Of a stretch of DNA of 64,000 bases, positions 23,538 to 36,506 are shown piece by piece (position 1 is the stretch's first letter; each line of letters starts with the position of its first letter). Below the pieces are notes generated by a model. That model was not told the DNA's origin and did no database searches. It saw nothing but the letters and a program-made list of their open reading frames with translations. The stretch is from Eledone cirrhosa. Taxonomy: Eukaryota. Made by a program: the position numbers and the translations under genes. The DNA is taken from positions 94,302,001 to 94,366,000 of the forward strand of contig OZ024743.1 in NCBI GenBank assembly GCA_964016885.1, given 5' to 3'.

Positions 23538-25160
23538 GTACATCACAAGTCTAAACACCTAAAGATACATGTGTATGTATGTTCTTTCTTGAACATGGCG
23601 GACCTTGTTGTCTCTTGAGGTCACTGGTTGTGACTTGGTGATAACTCGTATGAACATAAAGCAAGATAAATGCAACTATAATAATATTAATAATAATGTA
23701 ATGGATCTCTATAAAATTATTGCAAATCTCTCATTTCATTTAAGCTATCACTGTGATATTGTGACAAAGTATGAACATCACAGACTGTCAGTCATCTAAA
23801 CTTTTTGTGTATGTAAGAGGAATTATCAAACTGAAGTTTGGAACATAACAAGTGAAGGTTTTTTTTTTTAAAGGAAAATTTCCAGCAAGGACGCTCCTTC
23901 ATTTTATATCTACACGCGACTAGAGTATAAAGGTGACGCCCAAACGAGTATCCTCCACTTATAACTAATTTACTCTCCATCTTTGGGTCCCGGCTGACAA
24001 GATGGAGAATACATTTCCCCGGGGGACGGCGAGGGAGACGCGCTGGAATAGCTACACCACCTCGCAGGGCTTGCACCTGAAAAGTTACTGAGCTATTGCA
24101 ACAAACTTACTGCAGAACAATTTCGAATATGGTACCTAGAATTAAATGGGGACTGACGTAGTAGAAAATGTGTAAAAGAGTGGAGGAAGACTACTAGGTT
24201 GATTATAAAATTAATAGTCAAGTAATATGAAGCAAGATAGAAGACAGTTGTTGATTTTCCTTCACCCTCTCTGACTGGGTGTATGATCTATATTGTTGTT
24301 CATGGATGTCTGTCAGTTCCAGGACAAGTATTCCAGTTGTTCGATCAACGGAACAGCCTGATCTTGAAATGACATTAAAAGTATAACTATAAAATAAAAA
24401 AAAAGGATAAAGTATTTCTGAAGCTCGGGGGCTCACCAAGCCGGAGCTTTTTCCGGTTTCATTGGTGTTAATTCACTGAGAGTACAAGACTTTCTACTAG
24501 ACACATTTTCAATACTAGATACTCTCCTAGATCGCATTTTCAGCTGAGTAAACTAGAGCAACGGGAAGTGTTTTGTCGAAGAATACAACGTGCGCCTGGT
24601 CAAGGAATCGAATCGGCAACATTACGATCGTAACTCCAACAGCCTAACCACTCGGCTGCTAGGTAGCATTATATGGGGACTAGCCTCACACTTTACAATT
24701 CAATAAAATATATAAAATCTTACTAATCGACTGCCATCAGCTACCGTACTTTTTGATAGTAACATGTTTTAAAGCAGAATTAATGAACAGAAATGAATTA
24801 AGAAAATTTAACAATAAAACTTACCGTATCTTGTTTTAAAAGATTAATGGCACGATGGAAATCATATCTTTCTTTTTGAGAGAGCATTCTATATTCCTTT
24901 CTTACACCCTTTACTTGAATGGCATTTGGGATATTTGTCTTGTTATTAATAGTATCTAATGTATTTGCTGCGTCTGACAAATACCAGCCACCAAAGCGTT
25001 GGTGTCGAGACAAGTAGGTATTAAAACAGTATCTTTGTGTATTTGCCTCATTATCCTCATTGATTTTTAAATTAGTGTAGCATTTTTCAAAATTTAGCAT
25101 TATTTTGGAACAGTTCACACAAACAGAAGACAATATTAATATTAACGCCAAGAACTTCAT
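19448..25160 (-). CDS. Secreted tyrosinase-like protein, copy 2 (~743 aa); coding exons 25160-24825, 23178-23066, 22644-21074, 19659-19448
   Basis: All introns GT-AG with compatible phases 0/2/1. CuA: LLH..NAHAGPSFLAWHR. PYWD motif. CuB: HNSIH..DPVFWLIH. Thr-rich stalk; Cys-rich last exon ending in TAA. An alternative exon-4 donor 9 nt upstream is possible. Confidence 0.88.
20662..20858 (+). mobile_element. tRNA-derived SINE with duplicated A box (copy 37721-37917)
   Basis: TGGCAGTATCGG, AATTCAAATCC, core TTTGCCTTTCATCC..CGATAAAATAAAGTACCAG, end GGCCTTGTGCCTAAAGTAGAAAC. Confidence 0.8.
22835..22992 (-). mobile_element. tRNA-derived SINE, partial (copy 39894-40051)
   Basis: CTGGTACTTCATTTTATCGAC..GGATGGAAGG..GGGATTTGAAC. 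Confidence 0.7.
23305..23492 (-). mobile_element. tRNA-derived SINE (copy 40364-40551)
   Basis: Same family; A and B boxes on the minus strand; head abuts the (AAT)n tract. Confidence 0.78.
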
Positions 25161-25195
25161 TTTGGTTTTCTGCAAAGAAATAAAGAAAAGGTAAG

Positions 25196-25244
<49 letters not shown>

Positions 25245-25432
25245 AAAATTTGTCAGAATATACATAACATCTCAATGAAAAGAGATCGCTAAAATAATCT
25301 CTGGATTTTGAAACTGCAGTAAGGATAATTTTTTTATCTTTAGGGAAAGATGCTTCTACAGTAATCTACCCCTCAGTGATTTTGTATTAGATGTCCCCCC
25401 CCCCTCTCTCTCTCTCTCTCCCTTTTTCTCTA

Positions 25433-25467
<35 letters not shown>

Positions 25468-25652
25468 TATAGTATGTATTTTAATAAATATATATATATA
25501 TATATATATATGTTGATATATATATCTGTATTATATATAGAAATGACTTCTACAGGACTAGAGCTGTTTCATTCGTATGAAATCATAAAGAATGTCCAAC
25601 GTAATGAGTACCTTTTTTTTACTGCGTTTATCCCGGTCACAACTCGGGAACC

Positions 25653-25750
<98 letters not shown>

Positions 25751-25947
25751 TGTCCTTGTATGTGTTTATATTCGTGTGTGTCTGTTACCACAAAAAAAAA
25801 AGGAGATGAATAAAATAAATAATTGCCTGACTTGAAAATCAAGAAAAAACAAAAACAACATTATTTGGGTACGATATGATCGAATAAATTCCTTTGAACC
25901 TTTAGTTACCAATCCGGCCCAAACCAGCTCTGGTTCTATGAAATAAA

Positions 25948-26129
25948 CGTTTCTACTTTTGGCACAAGGCCAGCAATTATCCCAGTGTATTACTGGTACT
26001 TTATTTTATCGACCCCGTAAGGATGAAAGGCAAAGTTAACCTCGGCGGGATTTGAACTCAAAGCATAAAGGGCCGTAACTCTTTGCTGCAAAGCATGGCG
26101 TCCGACCCTCTACCAATACTGCCAATCCA
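25948..26129 (-). mobile_element. Young tRNA-SINE insertion specific to unit 2, 10-bp TSD ATGAAATAAA
   Basis: TSD at 25938-25947 and 26130-26139; empty site at 7316-7325 and 42749-42758; A box TGGCAGTATTGG, B box GAGTTCAAATCC. Confidence 0.92.
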
Positions 26130-26397
26130 ATGAAATAAAGTCACCCATTTTAAAGGTTTCCAATTTAAATTGAAATCTTCCAACATAATTTTATATAAGA
26201 ACCTTACATTAAGTTACTATCTTAGTCATGAAATAACTAATTTTCGTAAATCCCTTAAAATTCTTCAATAATTAATTGAAATAAAGTCTATTTCGCTAGA
26301 AATGCAGTCATGAAAGGTAGACAGTGCCCCAGCATGATCGCAGTCAAATTACTGAAACCAGTAACTGTCTAAAAGAATGAAGTCGTTCTTCACTCAC

Positions 26398-26472
26398 CTT
26401 TTGGTTGATTGGTTTCGAATGAAAGCTCGTTTCACGAATGATGTTTCTGTTAAAACACAACTCGTATTTAAA
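26398..26472 (-). promoter_or_regulatory. Putative promoter/exon 1 of copy 2, TATA box altered to TTTAAA
   Basis: Substitution at 26471 relative to copies 1 and 3; Inr and GTGAGT donor retained. Confidence 0.55.
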
Positions 26473-27606
26473 GGGAAGCTGACCCTCGCTTTTCTTGACT
26501 TGATCTTCTTATTTATTTATTTATTTATTGTTTGATTGATCGGTTATTTCACATTGTCAATCGTGAAACAACGTTGCTTTGTTATTTGTTTGCAAGTCAC
26601 GTGAACACGTTTCTGAAGAAGAAGAAATAGGAATAATAATAAAAAATTAAAAATAAAACAAAACCGAATAAATCCCACGGAAAAAATAGGAAAAGAAAGC
26701 GAACTACAAAGGTTCTATTTTTGAACATAGAATATATTAAACAAAAGGAATGTTAATATTTTATTATCTTTCTCTTGATTTAAATAATAAAAATAAAGAA
26801 ATCATTATTATTGTTATTATTATTTTATTACAGAATTTTCAAAACAAGACATGCTTTTCTACACGTGTATATGGTGTTGTAAAATTGTAGGATTGGAATT
26901 TTATTGTCCTCTCACATGACGAAACACGTGTTATTCTGGAAGCGAAACGCAGTGGACCTTCGTCGGTTTCGATTCGACCATGAATCAATGTTACAATTGT
27001 TCGATCGACGGAATAACCTGCTCGTGAAATTAACATACAAGTAGGTGTCTGAGCATTCCACAGACACGTGTATCATTAACATATTTATCAGGTGTGTTGA
27101 ACCACCGTCGTTTCTGACAATGAATATTACAGTTGTTCAAAGAAAGGGATAGCCTGCTCATGAAATTAATTAACCAGTAAGTGGCCGAGCACTCCACAGA
27201 CACGTGTACCTTTAACATAATTCTTAGATGTGTTGAACCTCCGTCAGTTTCGTTTCGACGACCAGTGTTCCAGTTTTTCAACCAACAGAACAGCCTGCTC
27301 GCGAAATTAACGAGCAAGTGACTGAGCATTCCTCTGACATCTGTATCCTTAACCTAGTTCTCAAGGAGATTCAGCATGACACAATGTGATAATAATGGCC
27401 CTTTAGAATTACAGGTACAGCTTATCCGTTATTATAGTGTAGGTGGCTTGGGCGGTGGATTGGCAGAATCGGTAGAGCGTTGGACAACACACTTTGCAGT
27501 ATATAGTTACGGCCCTTTACGTTTTGAGTTCAAATCCCGCCGACCACATCTAACTTCAACAGCCTGTACAGGTAATGAAAGTGTGTATACATTCTCTGGG
27601 GACACC

Positions 27607-27666
<60 letters not shown>

Positions 27667-27852
27667 GACATCTTAGAAATCATCAGGAGAGACTTTCCTG
27701 TTGATTCTTTACGAACGAAACTGTTCCAATCCCGTAGAAGTCATTGCTATAAAAAAATAAAGATGCCTATATTATACCAACGTTTTCAGCACCGTTTTTT
27801 AACTGTGGTCACCTCCTGATATTCATCGGAAATCCACTCATATATATATATA

Positions 27853-27888
<36 letters not shown>

Positions 27889-28814
27889 CCGTCGAAACGG
27901 CTTGAGCTCAGCCGTCGGGGTCCTACTCGTTGCTATATATATATATATATATATATACCCTCCACTGGGTCCTATCAGAAGCAACCGTCTCCAACTGATC
28001 TGGCTGGATCCCCAAGGGAGACAAACCAAGCTCATGGATGTTATCCATCCATCTTGTTCCGGGTATACCCCTGGGTCTCCTGCCGATTGGTTTTGCTCGT
28101 AAAAATCTCTCCAGCCATTCTAACCACAGGTCCGCAGTATCGGAGCTGTGATCTCTTAATTCGGAGAAGTAACGGCTCTATCTGGAGTGACTCCCCGATC
28201 TCCGTGCTCCACACTCTGTCGAGTAAAGTTACTCCAAAGACCCTTCAGAGGAACCCCGTTTCGGTCGCCTGTATTCATGATCGTATTCTTTCGGTCACTA
28301 TCCAAGATTCCTGACTATAGTTAAGGGTTAGCACGAATACCTAATTGAAGAAAGCAAGTTTGGCTTTTACACCTACATCACTTCTCCTGATTACCGAATG
28401 CTGAAGCTGGCGCATTACTGCAACAGCTCCTGCAATTATATAAGTAAATTAGAATTATTGGGGCATATAAGCTACTTTTGTCCATATGAAAGAAAGAAAA
28501 ACTCAAACGTTTCCGAAAATTAAAATGAAAATTATTTTTAAAATTTGTTCTTTTTAGGTAAATACTGAAGATTTAATTAAAATTACACAAATAAGGGATT
28601 TTATTCTTTTATTCTTTTATTTACTTTAGTTATTAGACTGCGGCCATGCTGGTGCGCCGCCGTCATTTAGTCGACCATATCGACCCAATTATTTATTTTC
28701 TCAAGTCTGGTACTTATTTATCGATCTCGTTTATTTCGAATCGCTAAGTTACGAAACTTAAACACAGGCACAAACGTAAACATAGACATAACCCACGCAC
28801 ACAAACACAAATAT

Positions 28815-28946
<132 letters not shown>

Positions 28947-30861
28947 CTGAGACCGAGGTGACTAGAAACACTACTTTATACACATGAAGAAGAGAGTTGG
29001 TTTGAAAGGAGGTATAAACCCTACCACAACTCTAAACGGTTTTAATTTAAGTCAGCAACAAGCCTTTTGAAGAACCCTTGAACATCTCGAACGCAGAAAA
29101 TAACTGTGAACCCAATTTAGAAAATCGAATAAGACGGGAAAAGAGGACCAAAACCTGCATCTCTAAAATTTCACCTGAGCCCCTGTAGCATTGAGCTAAA
29201 CGAACCCTGAAGAGAATTCCCGTGTAAATACCAGCTTTTTAAATGTGACCACATTTGAAAATAAACAATAGAGAGTCGTGTGAGTTGAAATACTTAAAAA
29301 TGTAGAAAATACCGAACGTGGATAATAACTGTGAACACATCTTAGAAAATAAGGTAAAATAATCCTATAGATGGAAAAAAAAAGTGGTCAGCTACAGAAA
29401 ATCAAATTGTGTACCTCTCAAATATATATATGTATGTATAAATGAGAGGTATAGAGATTGTTTTAGCGAGAAGCTAACAGCATTCTATAACATATATGCG
29501 ACTATAACGTCAAGATGGGAAAAGTAGTTAACGTAAGATTTAGGAAAAATAATTTAAACTCATCTCAAAAGAGAATCAGGATACAAATTCATCCACAGAA
29601 TTTAGTGCAATCCAGGGAAAAATCAATAGACCTTTAACTCATGATAAAATAAAGTTCAAAACACTTATCCTTCATATATATATATATATACTTATCCTCC
29701 ATAAACCCTTATTATTCTCTTTATAATTACCTTTTCTGATTTACTTTCTTTTTTATCCTTATCATTAATTTCATTTCTTTTTATTTTTATTTTTATTTTT
29801 ATTTTTATTTTTATATATTATTATTTTTTTATTTTTACTTCACATCCACCAATAACCCCCCCCCCTTATTCTCCGATTCACTTACCTAATATTTTCACTT
29901 TCCATCTTTTTACTTCCCTATTTCCTTCACTAGCTGATTAGACTTGTCATTTGTGTTTTCCACTCCAGATATATTTTATTTTTTATTTTTGCGCAGCCAA
30001 TCTTACAATTTTATAATTTTATATTTGTACTTACTTATCCACAAGTTTTTTACACCCTGTATCAATGTGGCTGAACGCCTTAATGTGTGTATACCTTCTA
30101 TATATGTACATGAGCGACTACGTATGTGCGCGCGCGTGCGTGTATATATATATATGTATGCGTATGTGTATGTGTCTTTATATCCGTGTCTTTATATCTA
30201 GGTTTTATGTTTTGTTCCATTTTTCTTCCCCCCTTTTTTTACTTACTCATTTTTATTCGTGTGCATGCAAACAGGTCAATATGCGTGAGTGTAAGTATGT
30301 GTGTGTGTGTGTGTACGTATCGAACGTATGGATGTGTAAGTGTAAGTGTATATATAAGCATGTATATTTTTGCGTTTCTTATGTGAGATATACGTGTGTG
30401 TATATGTATGTACCTTTTTTGTCTTCTTTTCTTTAATTTTTTCTTTCTAAATTATTGTTCCATTTTTATAAATATATCGAGATTGATACTTTCCTTCAAT
30501 TATTACACTCCCTTACCTCTTTTATTTCCGCATCCAAGTGTACGTGTGTGTAGGTGTGTTTATGTGCGTGCCTTCATATTCTTATGATGTATCTATTCTG
30601 TCTGTAGATTACAGACATACAGATACATTTGCCCTAAATTATATATTTACGCACACTTTTTCACTATAGGTATACATATGTGCATACACATATATGCACA
30701 TCTGTGAGCGTATATACATACATATACACACACCTAACTATTTTTCTTGAAAGATTATTATATATTTCATATTCTAATTCATTTGTCTATATCTTTTTTG
30801 TTTTTTTGTTTTTTTCTTGCTTTTCTTGATGAGACTTTCCAAGTATTTACCCATGTTCTAT

Positions 30862-30939
30862 ATTGCCTCGTCTGACGAACGAATGAAGACGTTTCTTTCG
30901 TATTCGCCTCATTCGGGAAACCTCTGGTAATGAGGTAAT
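30862..30939 (+). ncRNA. Type I hammerhead ribozyme (unit 2 copy of 13733-13810)
   Basis: Same sequence as 13733-13810. Confidence 0.75.
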
Positions 30940-30961
30940 TATATTGTATTGATTTTTATAC

Positions 30962-31082
<121 letters not shown>

Positions 31083-31947
31083 AGCCTAAGAAAATATATA
31101 TATGCCTGTGTAAATAATTACATGCATATTATTATTTTTTTAAATTAATTGAGTTCTTAACACGTGGAATTGATATTGGTTTTGAAATAACTAATTAACC
31201 CGCGTATATTTCATATTTTATTCTTAATTCGGCCAGAGATTTACATTCCCGATTGCCTTTTAAAACGTAACTTTCCGTATTTACTACGGTTATGAGTCGG
31301 TTTGTTATTCAGGTACGACTTCTGTTTTTAGCCTAAGAAAATATCTATATGCGTGTGTAATTAATACACGCATGCATTTATTTTTTTAACTTCAATTGAG
31401 TTCTTAACACGTTGGATTGATAATGTTTTTGAAAAAACTAATTAACCCACGTGAATATTATTTTTTCTTTTTTCGTGTATTGGTTGTCTCTCCTTCCCGC
31501 TTCGTGACGCTATAATACTTCCTCAGTCAAAAACTGCTGGAATTTCAAATTTGGCGGTCATTCGATGCGTGAGGGAGAAGCTTAGCAGACACGATTTTTA
31601 ACTGCGGTAAGAATTTTTTCTCATATCCAAGTTTAATGGGCTTCCACTGATGATTTATAAGCGCCCACCTAAATATATTCTTACATGAATATATGTTAGG
31701 CTTATACATAAACTGGAAACAATCTCCTAATTTGTAGAAAACTTATAATGAAACAATTGTTTGGAAAGAGAGATATATTTTAACTTTAATTATATCTCAT
31801 AAAATAATACAACTGGCTTTCCACAAAATACATATAGTTAGCACCCGAAACACTTAAATTGCGTTTATACTAACATATAACCTAATGTTTGTTGAGTGAG
31901 ATGGTTACCAGTCAGAGTTTAGCTTTAAGCTACCTCTGTTATTGTAT

Positions 31948-32003
<56 letters not shown>

Positions 32004-32204
32004 CCATTTCTATATTAAATTTTGTTGTATACACTCTACTAATGTATTGAGGACCTTACTTACTGTGGTTAACCCCGATTGAACACGGGACATATATATA
32101 TATGTTTTTCGTTTTATATTATATCACAGTCTTCTCTGTAAGAAAATAAAGTGCTCAACGGCATACCGCCTATGGAAGGAGCTTAGCTACCATCAGACAC
32201 ACAC

Positions 32205-32325
<121 letters not shown>

Positions 32326-33248
32326 CTTATATATATAGTTGTTATATAGTAAGGTGCATTATTGGTTGTGTAAAATGGTCCAATAACTTTATGTTAGCAA
32401 TATTAAGTTCTCCACGCTTTTGTATATCTCCAATTCCATTCAAGGGAACAGCTAGATGATGTAAAACGGAGTATAAGTATCAAAATGAAAATCCGAAGGC
32501 AAGGTAAAATTCCAATCATTTAATCACGACACATGTTTCAATAAGAGATAGATCGATTGTGAAGCCATGATCGATTATCACTGATCTCACCAGGCGAAAA
32601 TGAATTGTCTTCAAATTCTTGATATGAGGGAGAAAAATAACGAATTCAAGGATGTTACAATTCAATCTATACACGTATAGCAGAACACTGAACTGAACTT
32701 ATTTGCTTGTGTGTGTGTATGCGTGTGTGTGTGTATGGGGCGTTCGTTAACCCAATATTTCTAATTTACATCATCAAATTGAGATTTGACCAATATAGCT
32801 TCTGTTGTTTTGTGAACTAACTTTCGGTGAGTGCTGTGTTGGTACATTCTTATATTTGTTTTTTCTCGGACATCGCTTTGGTGTGTGTGAGCGTGTGTGT
32901 GTACCCACCCACACTAACTCTACAGGTTTAATACTGTGTTGATGTGTGTATATATATGTATATATTTTTCTTTGACCTCGAGCCGGTGTATGTGGGTATG
33001 GAGTGTGTGTGTACCCACTCACATTAACTGTGACTGACTGTATCCCTACAGATTTGATTAATGTCCAGCGTCCTTTGCAGCGATAGAAATCTGAAAACTT
33101 TTATGACTTCAACTGAAGTTAATAGCAGTCGCCGTGTCTCTGACTGGTGTTTCTTCATATGAGGGAATGAATTCTGTGAGAGAACATCGTTGTTTTTCTC
33201 CCTCATATCAAGAATTTGAAGACAATTCATTTTCACCTGATGAGATCA

Positions 33249-33309
<61 letters not shown>

Positions 33310-34262
33310 GGGGTAACAGATTATTGTTATAGGTAGTCCACTTAGGTGTAGTCTAGTTAGGTACTCCGAGTAATGGATATCAACGCGCTTGGCTAAGTTT
33401 GACTCAACAAGTCGTTTCCATAGTGATGCTGCGAGTACGCGGTGATTTCTATGTTGTTTACACTTGGAGTAATGATAAATCAGGAAGGAAGAGTGACACG
33501 GTTTGCTATACAAAAAAGGTTTTTAATCTCATTGCTGACAATTGTTTCTCTGAACTGGTAGGTCTAGAGATCGCTACCCGCCTGTTTTCACGTCATTCGA
33601 TCACCAATACATAGTTGTAACCAGTCAATTCATCAGAGCTTGTGAGAATGAAAGGAATATATAGGCATGGCTTCTATATATAGTAGTAGTGGCATTCAAT
33701 CAGAACAATAACAACAACTCTAACAATGCTAGCAATAAATTATTTGAAATAATCACAGCATCAATCTAAGTAAGAAATATAGTATATCTACGACTTTAGC
33801 GTGTAAAACTAGCTGACATGAGTCAGATGTATAAAATTGACATGTAAAAGCTGTCATGGGGTGTATTATATATAGTGTAGAGATAAGCCGGCGGCTTTAA
33901 ACAATTTACTGTAGGTCTGGTGGCCGTAAGAATTATTTATTATCTGACAGATGAAATATTTATCACTGTAGTGAGGGTAGTAATATTTGTGGTGTGAGGT
34001 GGGTTCAATATTTATGTGGTCTATATTAGTTGAAGGGACCGTTAGTTCGAATCATGGGGTTGTTTAGCTTTCACATCATTGAATTTTTTAATATAAGGAA
34101 CTTGTTCTTTGTTTTTATTCATTGTTTTTATTAATTTATCTTGACTCTGTTTTCCTGTGATTTTCATCGAAAAATTTTTGAATGCATCTTCTCTTTTCAT
34201 TATATTTGGATTACATTGAGTTCTTCATACGGATTGGACACTACCGTATATTTTGGTAGATT

Positions 34263-34353
<91 letters not shown>

Positions 34354-35759
34354 TTCCTATCTTCAGTTTGTCGGGTAAGGAAACCTAGGTCTGCCACTGA
34401 ATTTATCAGGTTGTTGTTGAATTTTGCATAATCATTTATATTGTTACTGGAACTTGTTATATAAATTCAGGTGAAGTAAATACAAACAAATACTCAGATA
34501 TTTTATGTAATAAATAATTTATTATTCAACAAATATGATGTTTACAAATATGATGTTTACAAATATGATGTTTACAAATATGATGTTTACATGATGTTTA
34601 TAACATAAAGGGACTTTCTTTATAACGTTAACAGGCATCGTTGATAACACAAACGGACATTGCTTATAATATGAATGTTATATCTTTTGTAAGATAAAAT
34701 ACTATATAATTTATAAAATATAGGTTATATCGTATAAAATATAAAAGTTACAATAGGCTTGATGATCCAATACTTTCTTTTTCAGTGGGTATGGGGCGAC
34801 ATGGATGAATATGAAGTTGTGTCATTAATCGTTTTTCCAAAGGAATAAGAATAGTGATTCTCAAATGGGAATTTTAGCCAAGGGAGGAATTAGGGAAGAA
34901 CTCAAACTGAGAAAGGATAGTGAACATTATGTATATATCAAGTGAAATTTTAACAAACTCAACCATAGTATACATTGTATATGTGTCAAATGAAATATCA
35001 ATATATACAACTGTAAGGGCGATCACGAATTAGCAGTTAACAAAAAAAAATGTTGCTTCAGACTTTATCTCGCTTGGGAATTATACAATTATTTAGATTT
35101 GAAGAGCTTACTCGGAGCGTAAAGAACCGGAACGAATACTGCAAATCATTTTCTCTGACATGCTCAACTCTATCAATTTACTGCCTATGATCTCTGAGAA
35201 CCATTGCACTATACAATAATTGGGGTTTGAAAAACGTTCTCATGTTAATATAATGCTCGGGTCAGAAGTGTTTTAGAAGACAATTCAAAATTGGGTGGTT
35301 GGGAATTGAAGAAACCTGGGATTGCAAGAGTGTTTTGACCTGTGATTCTGAGAACCATTTGGACTATACATATATTGAGTTTGGAAAGCTTGTTCATGTT
35401 AATACGGTGTTTGGGAGAGAAATTAATTGATGAAAATTCAAAATGGAGATAGCGTTAAAAACAATCCTGGGATTATAAGGGGAGAGGGAATGTGAGCTGC
35501 ATCCCTGGGAACCACTGAATAAATGTTGAAGACGTGATGACACATTAATATGCAAAAAAAAAAAAAAAAAAAAATGAAGGGGAAACTTAATGAGGTTGTG
35601 ATATTTACATGATTAGTATAATTAGTGATATACTTATTTTTACGGATCATACACTGCCTTTCACAGTATTTCGTTATAATGAAGGTTCTTTAGGAAGCAA
35701 TGATGATCAACATCATTGTTAATATAAAAGAATGGCGATGATTTTGTCATTCAGTTGAT

Positions 35760-35800
<41 letters not shown>

Positions 35801-35935
35801 TATATTTTATATTATATATATATATACATATTATATTATATTATATTATATATATATATCATATGGACATAATATATGTATTATATATATATATTTATAT
35901 TATAATTGAACAGATGCTTTAATTTACACACACAC

Positions 35936-36019
<84 letters not shown>

Positions 36020-36506
36020 TTAATCATGATTTATTCGGTAGAAATGACTTCAATATTCAATAATATTGTTTGCTTAGGGTGATGATCATGATGCAATTTA
36101 GCGCAGCTAAATCTGTGTCTTTATTTTGAAAAAAAAAATGGAAAGGCTCTTAACTCTTGATAGACTTGTAGGAGCACCAACCGTCATTTGGGCATTTTAA
36201 ACATGGCGGCACCCATCCCTTTCCAGGGCTGAAGAACAACCGATTGGTTCCAGAGAAGAAGAAGAAGAAGAAGAAGAAGAAGAAGAAGAAGAAGAAGAAG
36301 AAGAAGAAGAAGAAGAAGAAGAAGAAGAAGAAGAAGAATTATGTGGTGTCAAGGCTCCCACAATATTTAAAGGGCCCTAAATTAATGTTTTTGCTACCAC
36401 AAATAATAAGCTAGGGTACAGTTGACGTTTTCAGCCAGGAAGCCCATCTAAGCTTAATCCGCCGTTGGGAGTGGAAGTATGATAATGGCTGTTCAACGTG
36501 AAGATG

